A stretch of DNA of 64,000 bases. Origin: a virus. Each line of letters begins with the position of its first letter. The first letter of the stretch is position 1. The stretch lies in the IMG/VR virus record IMGVR_UViG_3300009597_000014, positions 1 to 64,000 of that record. The stretch is one strand, 5' to 3'. Below the pieces are notes generated by a model. It was not told where the DNA came from. It did no database searches and was given only the letters and a program-made list of their open reading frames with translations. This document shows, in pieces, positions 1 to 10,224 of the stretch. The translations under genes and the position numbers were made by a program.

Positions 1-18
1 ATTCAGGGATGATAAGTA

Positions 19-186
19 ATGTCTCTTACCACTATTCTCATTATTATATTGATTCTAATTCTGTTAGGTGGTCTTGGCCCATGGGCACCTGGAGGATATG
101 GTTATGGATATGGGCATGGTAGCATTGGTATTGTGGGTGTCATATTAATTATCCTAGTTGTTTTTCTATTACTGGGTCGAATCTAA
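19..186 (+). CDS. DUF3309-family small membrane protein (55 aa)
   Basis: Translated by hand (below the ORF-track cutoff): MSLTTILIIILILILLGGLGPWAPGGYGYGYGHGSIGIVGVILIILVVFLLLGRI. Two TM helices, a Gly-rich loop and the C-terminal LLGRI are typical of DUF3309. Confidence 0.75.
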   Translation: MSLTTILIIILILILLGGLGPWAPGGYGYGYGHGSIGIVGVILIILVVFLLLGRI

Positions 187-222
187 AAATAATTAATTAA
201 TATAATTCAATGAGTATTTAAT

Positions 223-2733
223 ATGGCTGCTTCCCATAAAAACGAAAAGACTCTAAAAGAGATCTATACGGTCCAGCCATCTATTAAAAATTCAGGCAAT
301 GGATCTTCTGAAGAGCATTATGTCAATTATGCTGAAGCACCTAAGCTAACCAAATGGGCAAATGAACCAACAGTAACCAAACTCAAGGAAGATCTTGAAG
401 CTTCACGGCCTGCTCATGATTCATTCATAGCCAAAGTACGTCGCTGGAACGATCTGACCGAGGTCAAAGGTCAAGCAGCTCCGGTTAAGATTAAAGGACG
501 ATCCCAGGTCCAGCCCAAGCTTATAAGACGCCAGGCTGAATGGCGTTATTCAGCTCTCACTGAGCCATTTAATTCCAGTGAGAAGCTCTTTGATGTCACA
601 CCTGTGACTTTTGAGGATGGCCCAGCTGCACGTCAGAACGAATTACTTCTGAATTGGCAATTTCGAACCAAGATCAACCGAGTCACTTTCATCGACAATT
701 ATGTGCGTGCCAATGTCGATGAAGGCACAGCTGTCGTTCGTGTTGGTTGGTGTCGTTATATCGAAGAGGTCACGGAAGATGCTCCTGTCTGGCAGCATAT
801 AGCTCTCCAGAACCAACAGCAGATGATGCAGCTTCAAGCTGCGATCGAGCTTAAGGAAAACGATCCCAGACAATTTGAAGAAGGCATAGATCCAGCAATC
901 AAAGCTGCCGTTGATTATTATGAAGAATCTGGACAGCCATCGGTGGCTATCCAGACTGGTACTGAAAAAGTTAAAGTTGAGAAGATTATTGAAAATCGAC
1001 CAACACTAGAAGTAATTAATTTAGAAAATATCTATTTTGATCCTTCATGTGGTGATGATTTAGACAAAGCTGGTTTTGTCATTCTATCGTTTGAGACTTC
1101 TCAGGCTGAACTGAAGAAGGAACCCAAGCGTTATAAAAATCTCGAATATGTTGATTGGGAAGGTGCTGCGGCAATTACCGAACCCAACCATATGCCGCAA
1201 TCGAATGATATTAATTTTAATTTCAAGGACCCTTTACGTAAGCGTATTATTGCTTATGAACGTTGGGGCCTATATGATATTCATGGTAAAGAATATCTGG
1301 AACCTATTGTTTCTACCTGGATCGGCAATGTAGTAATTAGGCAGGAAGAGAATCCTTTTCCTGATGGCAAACCACCTTTTGTGTTTGCTCCCTATATGCC
1401 GATCAAGCGTCAGGTTATGGGTGAGCCAGACGCAGAACTCTTGGAAGACAATCAGAAGATCCTGGGAGCTGTTTCCAGAGGCATGATCGATCTCCTGGGT
1501 CGATCTGCAAATGCCCAGCAAGGCTTTGCCAAAGGCATGCTGGATGTCTTGAATCGTCGTCGTTTTGAGCAGGGTCAGGACTATGAATTCAACCCCAACA
1601 TGCCGCCCCAGCAGGGCATCATGGAGCACAAATATCCTGAAATTCCCCAATCGGCCATGGTCATGCTGCAGATGCAGAACCAGGAAGCCGAAGCTCTCAC
1701 AGGCGTAAAGGCCTTCTCTGGAGGGCTTTCTGGTGACGCCTATGGAGAGGTGGCTGCAGGCATCAAAGGCATCCTGGACGCTGCTGCAAAGCGCGAGATG
1801 AGCATTCTTCGTCGATTGGCCGGTGGCCTGGTCCGAATCGGTAAGAAGATGATCGCAATGAACGGTGTTTTCCTGTCAGATAAGGAAACCGTTCGTATTA
1901 CCAATATGGAATTTGTTACAATTAACCGTGAGGAATTGGGCGGAGAATTTGATCTAAAAGTTGATATTTCAACAGCTGAGGTTGATAATAATAAAGCCCA
2001 GGATCTGGCCTTCATGTTGCAAACCATGGGTAACACCATGGATTTTAACATTACTAAAATGATTTTAGCTGAAATTACTCGTCTAAAACGTATGCCAGAA
2101 TTGTCACATGCAATTATGCTATTTGAACCAAAACCTGATCCTCTGGTCGAGCAAATGAAGCAACTTCAGATCCAAAAGGAAATGAAGGAAATCGAGAAGC
2201 TTCAGTCAGAGATTGATCTTAACCTGGCTCGAGCCAAGAGAGAAGAAACCACTGCCGAGAAAACCGCTCTCGAGACTGTCGAGCAGGAAACCGGTACGAA
2301 ACATGCTCGTGACATGGAGAAACAGGCTGGTCAGGCTATGGGCAATCAGGCTCTGGCAGTAACCAAAGCACTGGTGACACCACGTAAATACGATCAGACT
2401 ACACCGGATATTGAGGCAGCGATCGGTTACAACGAATTGACCAAGATGATGCATGATCCAAGGACTGGTCCTACGGCAACAACTTCTCCATACACACCGG
2501 GGATGACATCACAAGAACCCTTGGATGCTGCAGCTATCAATGCAATGGCTGGACCAGCAGCAGGATTGAACATGCTTCCAAGCAGGCCTGGTGGGCCTTC
2601 TCCTGAGCTCCCAGCTGGTCTTCTTCCTGGTTCCCCTCCAGGTCCACCAATGGCGCCTCCGATGGAGCCAGCAATGATGCCCCCAATGGCGCCTATTGAC
2701 CAGGGACCAGTCCCAGGAGTACCTGTAGTTTAA
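223..2733 (+). CDS. Portal protein (N4 gp59-like), with Pro/Met-rich C-terminal extension
   Basis: 836 aa; N4-type portal motifs GRSQVQPKLIRRQAEWRYSALTEPF and EAEALTGVKAFSGG; three genes upstream of the major capsid gene as in N4. Confidence 0.93.
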   Translation: MAASHKNEKTLKEIYTVQPSIKNSGNGSSEEHYVNYAEAPKLTKWANEPTVTKLKEDLEASRPAHDSFIAKVRRWNDLTEVKGQAAPVKIKGRSQVQPKLIRRQAEWRYSALTEPFNSSEKLFDVTPVTFEDGPAARQNELLLNWQFRTKINRVTFIDNYVRANVDEGTAVVRVGWCRYIEEVTEDAPVWQHIALQNQQQMMQLQAAIELKENDPRQFEEGIDPAIKAAVDYYEESGQPSVAIQTGTEKVKVEKIIENRPTLEVINLENIYFDPSCGDDLDKAGFVILSFETSQAELKKEPKRYKNLEYVDWEGAAAITEPNHMPQSNDINFNFKDPLRKRIIAYERWGLYDIHGKEYLEPIVSTWIGNVVIRQEENPFPDGKPPFVFAPYMPIKRQVMGEPDAELLEDNQKILGAVSRGMIDLLGRSANAQQGFAKGMLDVLNRRRFEQGQDYEFNPNMPPQQGIMEHKYPEIPQSAMVMLQMQNQEAEALTGVKAFSGGLSGDAYGEVAAGIKGILDAAAKREMSILRRLAGGLVRIGKKMIAMNGVFLSDKETVRITNMEFVTINREELGGEFDLKVDISTAEVDNNKAQDLAFMLQTMGNTMDFNITKMILAEITRLKRMPELSHAIMLFEPKPDPLVEQMKQLQIQKEMKEIEKLQSEIDLNLARAKREETTAEKTALETVEQETGTKHARDMEKQAGQAMGNQALAVTKALVTPRKYDQTTPDIEAAIGYNELTKMMHDPRTGPTATTSPYTPGMTSQEPLDAAAINAMAGPAAGLNMLPSRPGGPSPELPAGLLPGSPPGPPMAPPMEPAMMPPMAPIDQGPVPGVPVV

Positions 2734-2754
2734 CCCCTATTAAAAGGAAACATT

Positions 2755-3144
2755 ATGTCGGATATCCAAGATCTTGAGCAAGGCATCAAGGACGCCGAGG
2801 AATTGATCGGTCGCCGTCAAATGGCCCTCAAGCTTTCCGAAATTCGTGAATTCAGAAAGCTTATTCTGGAAGATTATATGGTTACTGAATGTGCTCGTCT
2901 GGTTCAGCTTTCAGCCGATCCTGCACTGAACGTACAGCAACGGGCTGACTCCCTTGCTATGGCTCAGGCCACTGGTCATCTGAAGCGCTATCTATCGATG
3001 ATGGTGCAGATGGGAGCTGTTGCCGAACGTGAACTGCCTCAGATGCAGGCAGCTCTCGATGAGACACGCTCCATGGAAATGAATGATGACGACGTTGACG
3101 ACGGGTCGGGAAAACAATGGGATGTCCGCCATGACGCCCACTGA
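2755..3144 (+). CDS. N4 gp58-like conserved protein
   Basis: 129 aa, FRKLILEDY..ECARLV motif; lies between portal and gp57. Confidence 0.75.
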   Translation: MSDIQDLEQGIKDAEELIGRRQMALKLSEIREFRKLILEDYMVTECARLVQLSADPALNVQQRADSLAMAQATGHLKRYLSMMVQMGAVAERELPQMQAALDETRSMEMNDDDVDDGSGKQWDVRHDAH

Positions 3145-4351
3145 AACAGCTGAAGCTGAAACCGAAACCATTGCTCAGGAAGAAAAGCCCAAAGGCAAAG
3201 CCGAGGAATCTAAAAAAGATTATCTCGAAATGTCTGACGAGGATTTTCTTAAAATTAATGGTCCTGAGAAATCAGAGAAACCTGTCCCAGAAAAGGTAGC
3301 TGGCGACGATAAGGCCGATGAAAGCGAGGACAGTAAGGTTGATAAAAAGGAGCAGGATACCAACACCAAGGATGAAACCAAGGCGACAGACGATAAGCCA
3401 GAGGAACCAAAGGAAGAGAAGAAGGCTAAGTCCGATTCTCCTGGTTCCAAGGTCGTAGTAGCTGAGTCGGAAGATAAAAAACCAAAGACTGATACTGTTG
3501 ATTATGAGGGATTTTTCAAACAAATTATGACGCCTTTCAAGGCGAATGGTAAAACCTTTGAGGTAAAAACTCCCGAAGAAGCCATTCGTCTAATGCAGAA
3601 AGGCGCCGGTTATGGTCGTAAAATCCAGGATATGCAGCCCCATCTTAAGGTGCTACGTATGCTGGAGAAAAATAATTTGCTTGATGAAAGTAAATTATCA
3701 TTTTTAATTGATTTGAATCAGAAAAATCCGGATGCAATTAAAAAATTAATTAAAGATGGTGGTATTGATCCCCTTGATTTGAATGCCGATGATAAAGTAA
3801 ACTACACACCGAAAAGCCATGCTGTCACTGACAAGGAAGTAGCGTTCCATCAAGCCGTAGCCGAGATCCAGACACAACCCGGTGGCTTTGAAACGCTTCG
3901 CCAAATCAATCAGACATGGGATCAAGAGAGCAAGGGATTGCTCTGGGAATCGCCTGAGATCTTCGAGATCATCCAGACCCAGCGAGACAATGGTGTTTAC
4001 AACCAGATCGTAGCTGAGATCGATCGTCAGAAGCTTCTTGGCACAATGCCGAATTCGACGCCGTTCCTACAAGCCTACAAGGTCGCCGGGGACCATCTGG
4101 TCAAGACCAATGGTTTTAAAGCGCCGATTCAGAACCAGCCTGTGACCAATGCCAATGGCAGTGGAAATGGTCAACAGCAGCCACAAGTGATCGCCACCCG
4201 TACAGCTGTACCGAAGTCTCAGGCTCAGAACAGCGATAAGGCTGCTACTGCATCGTCTACCAAGACGAGTACGAGCAAGCCTAACCTCGCCGTCAATCCA
4301 CTGGAAATGTCGGATGACGATTTCATGAAACAATTTAAAGGCCGGTTTTAG
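3083..4351 (+). CDS. N4 gp57-like protein (often annotated tape measure; probable capsid scaffold); true start may be 3122 or 3131
   Basis: Acidic disordered N-terminus, conserved PFKANGK..EAIRLMQKGAGY..K core; directly upstream of the major capsid gene. Confidence 0.8.
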   Translation: MMTTLTTGRENNGMSAMTPTETAEAETETIAQEEKPKGKAEESKKDYLEMSDEDFLKINGPEKSEKPVPEKVAGDDKADESEDSKVDKKEQDTNTKDETKATDDKPEEPKEEKKAKSDSPGSKVVVAESEDKKPKTDTVDYEGFFKQIMTPFKANGKTFEVKTPEEAIRLMQKGAGYGRKIQDMQPHLKVLRMLEKNNLLDESKLSFLIDLNQKNPDAIKKLIKDGGIDPLDLNADDKVNYTPKSHAVTDKEVAFHQAVAEIQTQPGGFETLRQINQTWDQESKGLLWESPEIFEIIQTQRDNGVYNQIVAEIDRQKLLGTMPNSTPFLQAYKVAGDHLVKTNGFKAPIQNQPVTNANGSGNGQQQPQVIATRTAVPKSQAQNSDKAATASSTKTSTSKPNLAVNPLEMSDDDFMKQFKGRF

Positions 4352-4376
4352 ATAATACCGACCGGAGGTATTACCA

Positions 4377-5576
4377 ATGTTGAATTATAATGCTCCCGCA
4401 TTTACCATCAGTGGTACCAAGTCCGATATTGACGCCACTGGCGGCGGTCAGATGCAGACCTTCTTCTGGCTCAAGAAGGCAATCATCACAGCTCGTAAAG
4501 AGCAGTATTTTATGCCGCTCTCCAATACGGTCAACATGCCGAAGCACTATGGCAAAACCATTAAGGTTTATGAATATGTGCCTCTGCTCGATGATCGTAA
4601 CATCAACGACATGGGTATCGATGCTGCTGGTGCAGTCATCGCCAATGGCAACCTCTATGGTTCGTCTAAGGACATCGGCACGATTACTGCCAAATTGCCA
4701 GTGCTTTCGGAAAACGGTGGACGTGTAAACCGTGTTGGTTTCACCCGTATTCAGCGTGAGGGTTCTCTCCAGAAATTTGGTTTCTTTACCGAATTCACAG
4801 CTGAGGCTCTTAACTTCGATTCTGACGACGAGTTGATGGATCATCTTAGCACCGAGCTTATGAATGGTGCTGTTGAGATCACCGAAGACGTACTCCAGAG
4901 GGATCTGCTCAATGGAGCCGGTGTCGTTGTCTACGCTGGAACAGCAACCTCCAATGCAACGATTACCGCTGAAGGTGCTGGTGCTGCCTTTATTGATTAC
5001 CAGGACCTGATGCGTCTTGATGCGATCCTGACCGATAACAGGACTCCCAAGCAGACTAAGATCATCACTGGTTCCAGGATGATTGATACCAAGGTCGTCA
5101 GCGGTGGACGTATCCTTTATGTCGGATCTGAATTGGTTCCGATGATCAAGGCCATGAAGGATCTGTTCAATAACCAGGCATTCATTCCGATCCAGCAATA
5201 TGGCGATGCCGGTACCATCATGAACGGTGAGATCGGGTCCATTGATGCTTTCCGCATCATCCAGGTACCCGAGATGCTGAACTGGGGTGGTGCTGGTGCT
5301 ACTGTCTCGGCCAACCCTGGTTATCGAGTCACTGGCACAAAGTACAACGTCTACCCCATGCTCTGTGTTGGTGATGATTCATTCGTGACGATCGGATTCG
5401 AGACCGATGGCAAGACAGTCAAGTTCTCTGTCATGACCAAAATGCCCGGTAAGGAAACTGCCGATCGCAATGATCCTTATGGCGAAACTGGTTTCTCGTC
5501 CATCAAGTGGTACTATGGTTTCTTGATGAAGAGGCCGGAACGTGTCGGTGTAATCAAGGGAGTGGCTCCGCTTTGA
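4377..5576 (+). CDS. Major capsid protein (N4 gp56-like)
   Basis: 399 aa; [47 protein letters not shown]; GGAGGT RBS. Confidence 0.97.
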   Translation: MLNYNAPAFTISGTKSDIDATGGGQMQTFFWLKKAIITARKEQYFMPLSNTVNMPKHYGKTIKVYEYVPLLDDRNINDMGIDAAGAVIANGNLYGSSKDIGTITAKLPVLSENGGRVNRVGFTRIQREGSLQKFGFFTEFTAEALNFDSDDELMDHLSTELMNGAVEITEDVLQRDLLNGAGVVVYAGTATSNATITAEGAGAAFIDYQDLMRLDAILTDNRTPKQTKIITGSRMIDTKVVSGGRILYVGSELVPMIKAMKDLFNNQAFIPIQQYGDAGTIMNGEIGSIDAFRIIQVPEMLNWGGAGATVSANPGYRVTGTKYNVYPMLCVGDDSFVTIGFETDGKTVKFSVMTKMPGKETADRNDPYGETGFSSIKWYYGFLMKRPERVGVIKGVAPL

Positions 5577-5619
5577 TAATCTTCTACCCCCAGAAGATTA
5601 ATCAATGAGCCCTGAAACT

Positions 5620-5650
5620 GGGGGAGATATTGAATCTCCCCCTCTTTTTT
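5620..5650 (+). terminator. Rho-independent terminator after the capsid gene
   Basis: GGGGGAGAT-attga-ATCTCCCCC followed by TCTTTTTT. Confidence 0.8.
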
Positions 5651-5663
5651 AAACGAGGATTCA

Positions 5664-6410
5664 ATGGCTACTGAACTTTTTAATAATAAACGTATCAAGG
5701 CTTCCGGTGAACCTGCTCCTCCTTTGCCTTCAGATAATCCAAAGACAATTCCAGCTGAGCCTATTGATCCAGATGAAGAAATTCCGGCTGGAGAACCTGC
5801 TGAACCAGGAGAAGAAAATCCTTATGAAGAAGACGAACCTCGGTCGGCTTCAGGAGCTGCCGAGAGGATGACTGAAATTGAGATGCTCAAGAATCGAGCC
5901 AGGTTGATGGGAATTAACTTCTCCAATAACATTGGCCTTTCTTCGTTGAGAGCCAAGGTTCAGGCCAAGCTCGATGGTGAGATTGAACCAGAATCAGAAA
6001 CAATTTTGGTGGAATCTCCTAATGACAAGCCTGCCCTCAGTCTTCGTCAGAAAATGTATAACGAGGAAATGAAGCTGGTCAGGCTTCGAATCACCAATCT
6101 GGATCCAAAGAAGAAGGATTTGCCCGGAGAGATTTTCACTGTCGCTAATGAAATTTTGGGTGCTGTGAAGAAATATATCCCTTATGGAGAAGCGACTGAT
6201 AATGGCTACCATGTACCTTACATTATCTATCGACAATTAAGGGAACGTGAGTTTCTTAATATCAAAACTCGTAAAGATAATCGTGGGCGAACAATCGTCG
6301 AGACCAATATGAGTCGGGAATTCGCTCTTGAAATCCTACCTCCATTGACCCAAAAAGAATTGGATCGTTTGGCTGCATCTCAAGCTGCAGCTGCTGGTAT
6401 GTCTAATTAA
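5664..6410 (+). CDS. N4 gp55-like protein
   Basis: LKNRARLMGINFSNNIG, KLVRLRITNLDPKKKDLPGEIFTVAN and EFALEILPPLT..EL motifs; synteny. Confidence 0.85.
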   Translation: MATELFNNKRIKASGEPAPPLPSDNPKTIPAEPIDPDEEIPAGEPAEPGEENPYEEDEPRSASGAAERMTEIEMLKNRARLMGINFSNNIGLSSLRAKVQAKLDGEIEPESETILVESPNDKPALSLRQKMYNEEMKLVRLRITNLDPKKKDLPGEIFTVANEILGAVKKYIPYGEATDNGYHVPYIIYRQLREREFLNIKTRKDNRGRTIVETNMSREFALEILPPLTQKELDRLAASQAAAAGMSN

Positions 6411-6439
6411 TTTTTATATAATTATACGGAGTACGCATA

Positions 6440-7417
6440 ATGGCAGCCGTTCCGTCTGGCGCCGACGAACTAGCCAATGATCTATTGGATTCACTGACGG
6501 AAGGTGTGGAATTCACTATTCCGGAAGTCGATTTTGATGATCCGGCATTTGATATCCCTCCTGCTACCGGAGATATGTATCTTCCGGTTACCAAGCTTAC
6601 GACTGCAGACCTGACGACTGGAATGGTCGGTGGTGCTGGTATGTTCGACCAGTTGATGGTCAGCCTGGCTGCTCATCTTAAGGTTGAATACACAGCCAAT
6701 CGTATTGCTGGGGCTGAGTACACCAAGGCTTACATAGGGGTCATTGCAGCCGCTCTGCAGACCGCACAGCAATATCTGCTGGCTAAGGATCAATCCTATT
6801 GGCAAGCCATCCTGGTTCAGCAGCAGGCTCGTATAGCTGAGATCGAGGTTGTCAAGGCTCGTGTCGAGCTCGAGACTGCCAAGGCCCTGTTGGCACGGAC
6901 TCAGTTCGAGGCTCATAATGCTGAAGCCCAATATGGTTTGACCAAGATGCAGATCGCTAATCAGGATATTGCATATGCTCAAACAGTCGCTCAGATAGAA
7001 GGTATAGATTATACTAATACTAATATCTTGCCAGCACAAAAACTTGGTATTGATTATACCAATACTAATTTGCAAAGCACTGGTGAAGGTATCGAATATA
7101 CCACTGCAAATATTCTTCCAGCCCAAAAAGCATTGCTTACAGAACAGACTGAAGTCCAGAATGCCCAGATATCTGATACACAAATTGAAGGTGCAGTAGC
7201 AGTTTCAGGTCTTATTGGAAAACAGAAATTGCTTTATACCCAGCAGATTGATTCCTATAAACGAGATGCTGAAACCAAGCTGGTCAAGCAATATACGGAT
7301 GCTTGGCTGACCCAGAAAACAATTGATGAGGGTTATCCACTCCCAGCACAGTTTGCTAATACCGAAATTGATGAAATTCTTATTGCTCTTAGAACCAACC
7401 TTGGTTTGGGTTCATAA
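6440..7417 (+). CDS. N4 gp54-like structural protein
   Basis: LTTG.VGGAG.FDQLM..L.AHL..EY..NRI.G.EY; internal GIDYTNTNILPAQK repeats; GLIGKQK.LY.QQIDSYKRDAE. Confidence 0.85.
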   Translation: MAAVPSGADELANDLLDSLTEGVEFTIPEVDFDDPAFDIPPATGDMYLPVTKLTTADLTTGMVGGAGMFDQLMVSLAAHLKVEYTANRIAGAEYTKAYIGVIAAALQTAQQYLLAKDQSYWQAILVQQQARIAEIEVVKARVELETAKALLARTQFEAHNAEAQYGLTKMQIANQDIAYAQTVAQIEGIDYTNTNILPAQKLGIDYTNTNLQSTGEGIEYTTANILPAQKALLTEQTEVQNAQISDTQIEGAVAVSGLIGKQKLLYTQQIDSYKRDAETKLVKQYTDAWLTQKTIDEGYPLPAQFANTEIDEILIALRTNLGLGS

Positions 7418-7419
7418 TA

Positions 7420-9663
7420 GTGGGCCTGTTTAGCACTGAAAGTACTATTAGTGTTACATCAGTTGTCTATAACATGGCAGGTGAGGAAAAAGATCGTCCT
7501 CAATATTTACAAAGTCTTTTGATTCGTAATATCCTTTCAGGAACCAAGGATAGTATTGGTGATACAATTAGAAATGGTTATCTGAACGGTCCTGCCATAC
7601 GATTCAGACAATTTTTCAGGTGGGCTCGTAAGCCTGAAAAATATGACCAGATTGGAATGCCTGTTGGTTCTGTTGGTTCTGGATCTGCACTTAGTCCATC
7701 AGATGTAGAGCCTTTCATACCTGATATTGTTTCTCCAGATGAACCCTGGTGTCAGCATGCTCCAGTAGGTGGTGCAGATTTATCTTATTGGGCTGAACAA
7801 TGGATAATGGAAAATAGGCCACTTGATCTCGATACGGCCTGGTTTTTTGATTATAATGTAACAACTAATCAGATTACAATTACATTTGTAGATACTACTA
7901 CAGCAACTTTTACTCCAGTTGATTTTGATTATACAGGATATTATCTTTATGCATATTATATAATTGTAACAAATACTGGTACTGTCGATATAGAATATTC
8001 ATTGGATCATTTATTTATTTATAAATTAGGATCAGGTATCCCTGAACTAGATGCTCTTATTATTGCTGGTTCAGATTATGGAGAATTTTTTCCATTTATT
8101 CCCATTCGTGTTAATAATCAATTTATAAGTGAAACACATTATCCTGATGTTTTTGAGCAAACTAAAAAGGCTTATAAAAAAGCAACTGGAGGAAAGCTTC
8201 CAAAATTAATTGAAGAGCTTGAAGATAATCCAGATCTTGCAGATATTGACCATGCTTACGTAGTTTTTGGAGTTTCTCTTAATGTTGTAGAGATGGCATG
8301 TAAACGATATCTTTATACGTTTTTTGAAAAACTACAACTTTCTCAAGTAGGTGGTCTTGATGCTTATAATGATTGGCTTGCAGGAGTACCTGGTGAAAAT
8401 GCAAGATATGATGATTGGGCAGCATGGGAAGAACGTTCAAGACTTCCAGGTTTTGATATAACCACGGATCCTGAACCACCTCGCCCAAATATGTCTGAAG
8501 TAAGTAAAAATGAACTTTTAATTAGAAGTGAAAGTGCATTAAATACTCAATATGATACCCGCATAAGATGGTCATATATTAGTAATGGTATTGGTACTGG
8601 ATTAGGTAGACCTGGGGCTAAGAAAAATGATTGTTGGTTGGAATATATGGGAGAAGATGAAATAGCTCGAAATTATTATAGAACAATTCCATTCGCTGGT
8701 GCTATTACATTTCTTTATGAAAAATTTCGTATTTATTGGCAACGTGATATTGATGATTTTACATACTTAGATGTAGTAGGAATGTATCATGCAAATTATA
8801 TCTATAAAGGTAAAGGTGTTCTTATTACTGCTAAAAAAGCTTTAGAAGATGCTGAGGAATCGGGTTTCATTGTTCCACTTCATAATGAAACATGGCGGGA
8901 AACACCGATTATTGATGCATCCCAGATGGCGACAGCTTGTGTTTTTATTGTTTTCAATTGTTATGAAGAAGTTAAACAGAAGTGGTATGAAACCGGTATC
9001 TTCAGAATTATTCTGGTAATTGTCATTGCCATTGCCAGTGTGGTATTCACAGGAGGTGCTGGTATTGGACTTCTAGGTGCTCATCTTACAGTGGGCACAG
9101 CCCTTGGATTCACAGGCATGACTGCAGCGATCGTAGGATCGGTGGTCAATGCACTGGCAGCCCTGGTTCTCACCACCATCCTCGAGAAGGTAGCCAGTGC
9201 TCTTGGTATTATGGGTCCAGTCATTGCGGCAATCCTGGGCATCGTCATTGGCAACGTCATCAGTGCATTCCAGGCTGGAACAGCCTTTGCGTTTGATCTG
9301 ACAACCTTGTTCCGGGCCGAGAATCTCCTGAAATTGACCAGTGCTGTTGGTGGCAGCATCCAGCAGATGATTCAGCAGCAGACTATTGCGATCCAGGAAG
9401 AGATGACCAGCTTCAATGAGCGAGCCGAGGCAGAGCTCAAAAAAGTCGAAGAAGCATACGTAAGCGCATTCGGCTATGGTAGTATCGACATAGGCGTAGG
9501 CCCAATCACGAGAATCGATAGCATTGGAACCATGCAATCTGAGAGCCCTGATGTGTTTCTGGCTCGAACGCTTATGACTGGATCCGATATTGTAACAATG
9601 TCTCAGGATGTTGTGTATAATTTTGCAGAATATAGCCTAAAATTGCCCGATGCATTCGTTTAA
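7420..9663 (+). CDS. N4 gp53-like virion protein with hydrophobic C-terminal helices
   Basis: MGLFS start (GTG), FFPFIPIR, KQKWYETGIF followed by TM-like segments, ESPDVFLARTL; synteny. Confidence 0.85.
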   Translation: MGLFSTESTISVTSVVYNMAGEEKDRPQYLQSLLIRNILSGTKDSIGDTIRNGYLNGPAIRFRQFFRWARKPEKYDQIGMPVGSVGSGSALSPSDVEPFIPDIVSPDEPWCQHAPVGGADLSYWAEQWIMENRPLDLDTAWFFDYNVTTNQITITFVDTTTATFTPVDFDYTGYYLYAYYIIVTNTGTVDIEYSLDHLFIYKLGSGIPELDALIIAGSDYGEFFPFIPIRVNNQFISETHYPDVFEQTKKAYKKATGGKLPKLIEELEDNPDLADIDHAYVVFGVSLNVVEMACKRYLYTFFEKLQLSQVGGLDAYNDWLAGVPGENARYDDWAAWEERSRLPGFDITTDPEPPRPNMSEVSKNELLIRSESALNTQYDTRIRWSYISNGIGTGLGRPGAKKNDCWLEYMGEDEIARNYYRTIPFAGAITFLYEKFRIYWQRDIDDFTYLDVVGMYHANYIYKGKGVLITAKKALEDAEESGFIVPLHNETWRETPIIDASQMATACVFIVFNCYEEVKQKWYETGIFRIILVIVIAIASVVFTGGAGIGLLGAHLTVGTALGFTGMTAAIVGSVVNALAALVLTTILEKVASALGIMGPVIAAILGIVIGNVISAFQAGTAFAFDLTTLFRAENLLKLTSAVGGSIQQMIQQQTIAIQEEMTSFNERAEAELKKVEEAYVSAFGYGSIDIGVGPITRIDSIGTMQSESPDVFLARTLMTGSDIVTMSQDVVYNFAEYSLKLPDAFV

Positions 9664-9677
9664 TTATAGGTGATAAA

Positions 9678-10199
9678 ATGGCTGGTTATAATTATACTTA
9701 TCAAGCTCCTGACCCAGATGATATTTTTGGATCCCTTGGGCAATTTAATTCCCCTGCTGTAATGGGAACTACTATGGCAAATCCTGGGGCTGTAGCTGCA
9801 GCAAACACCCCAGTTCCTGATGCATGGACCGGTGGAGGAATAGATTTAAGAACACCTACTGTATCAGGATCAGGATTTCCTATTCCTGGTTCAGGTACTG
9901 GTGGGGGTAAAAATTCAGGATTTAACTTTGGTTTCAATCCTGGTTCCATTGACATGGTTACCTCTGTCCTTGGGACCCTTGGGGGTCTTTGGCAGGCTTG
10001 GGAACAGAATAAGATTGCCAAGGAAACATTGAATCTCCAGAAACAATCTGCCAATGTCAATTTTGCTAATCAGATTAAAGCCTATAATCGAGTGCTCGAA
10101 GATGTGAGTTATAACAGACAACATAGTGGTGGCTGGTCTCCGGAACAAACAGCAGCATATGAGAGTGAGCACCAATTGAAACATAGGCCTATTGGTTAA
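9678..10199 (+). CDS. N4 gp52-like small virion/ejection protein
   Basis: 173 aa, Gly-rich, LGTLGGLWQAW...FANQIKAYN; no Cys; synteny. Confidence 0.7.
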   Translation: MAGYNYTYQAPDPDDIFGSLGQFNSPAVMGTTMANPGAVAAANTPVPDAWTGGGIDLRTPTVSGSGFPIPGSGTGGGKNSGFNFGFNPGSIDMVTSVLGTLGGLWQAWEQNKIAKETLNLQKQSANVNFANQIKAYNRVLEDVSYNRQHSGGWSPEQTAAYESEHQLKHRPIG

Positions 10200-10224
10200 T
10201 TATTAATATTTTGAGGATATTATT

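Noticed and set aside
4371-5198. 275-aa antisense ORF, and similar shadow ORFs such as 6491-7183, 9073-9537, 35349-35822 and 47681-48190
   Set aside because: They lie opposite well-supported genes, lack RBSs and motifs, and are explained by codon bias.
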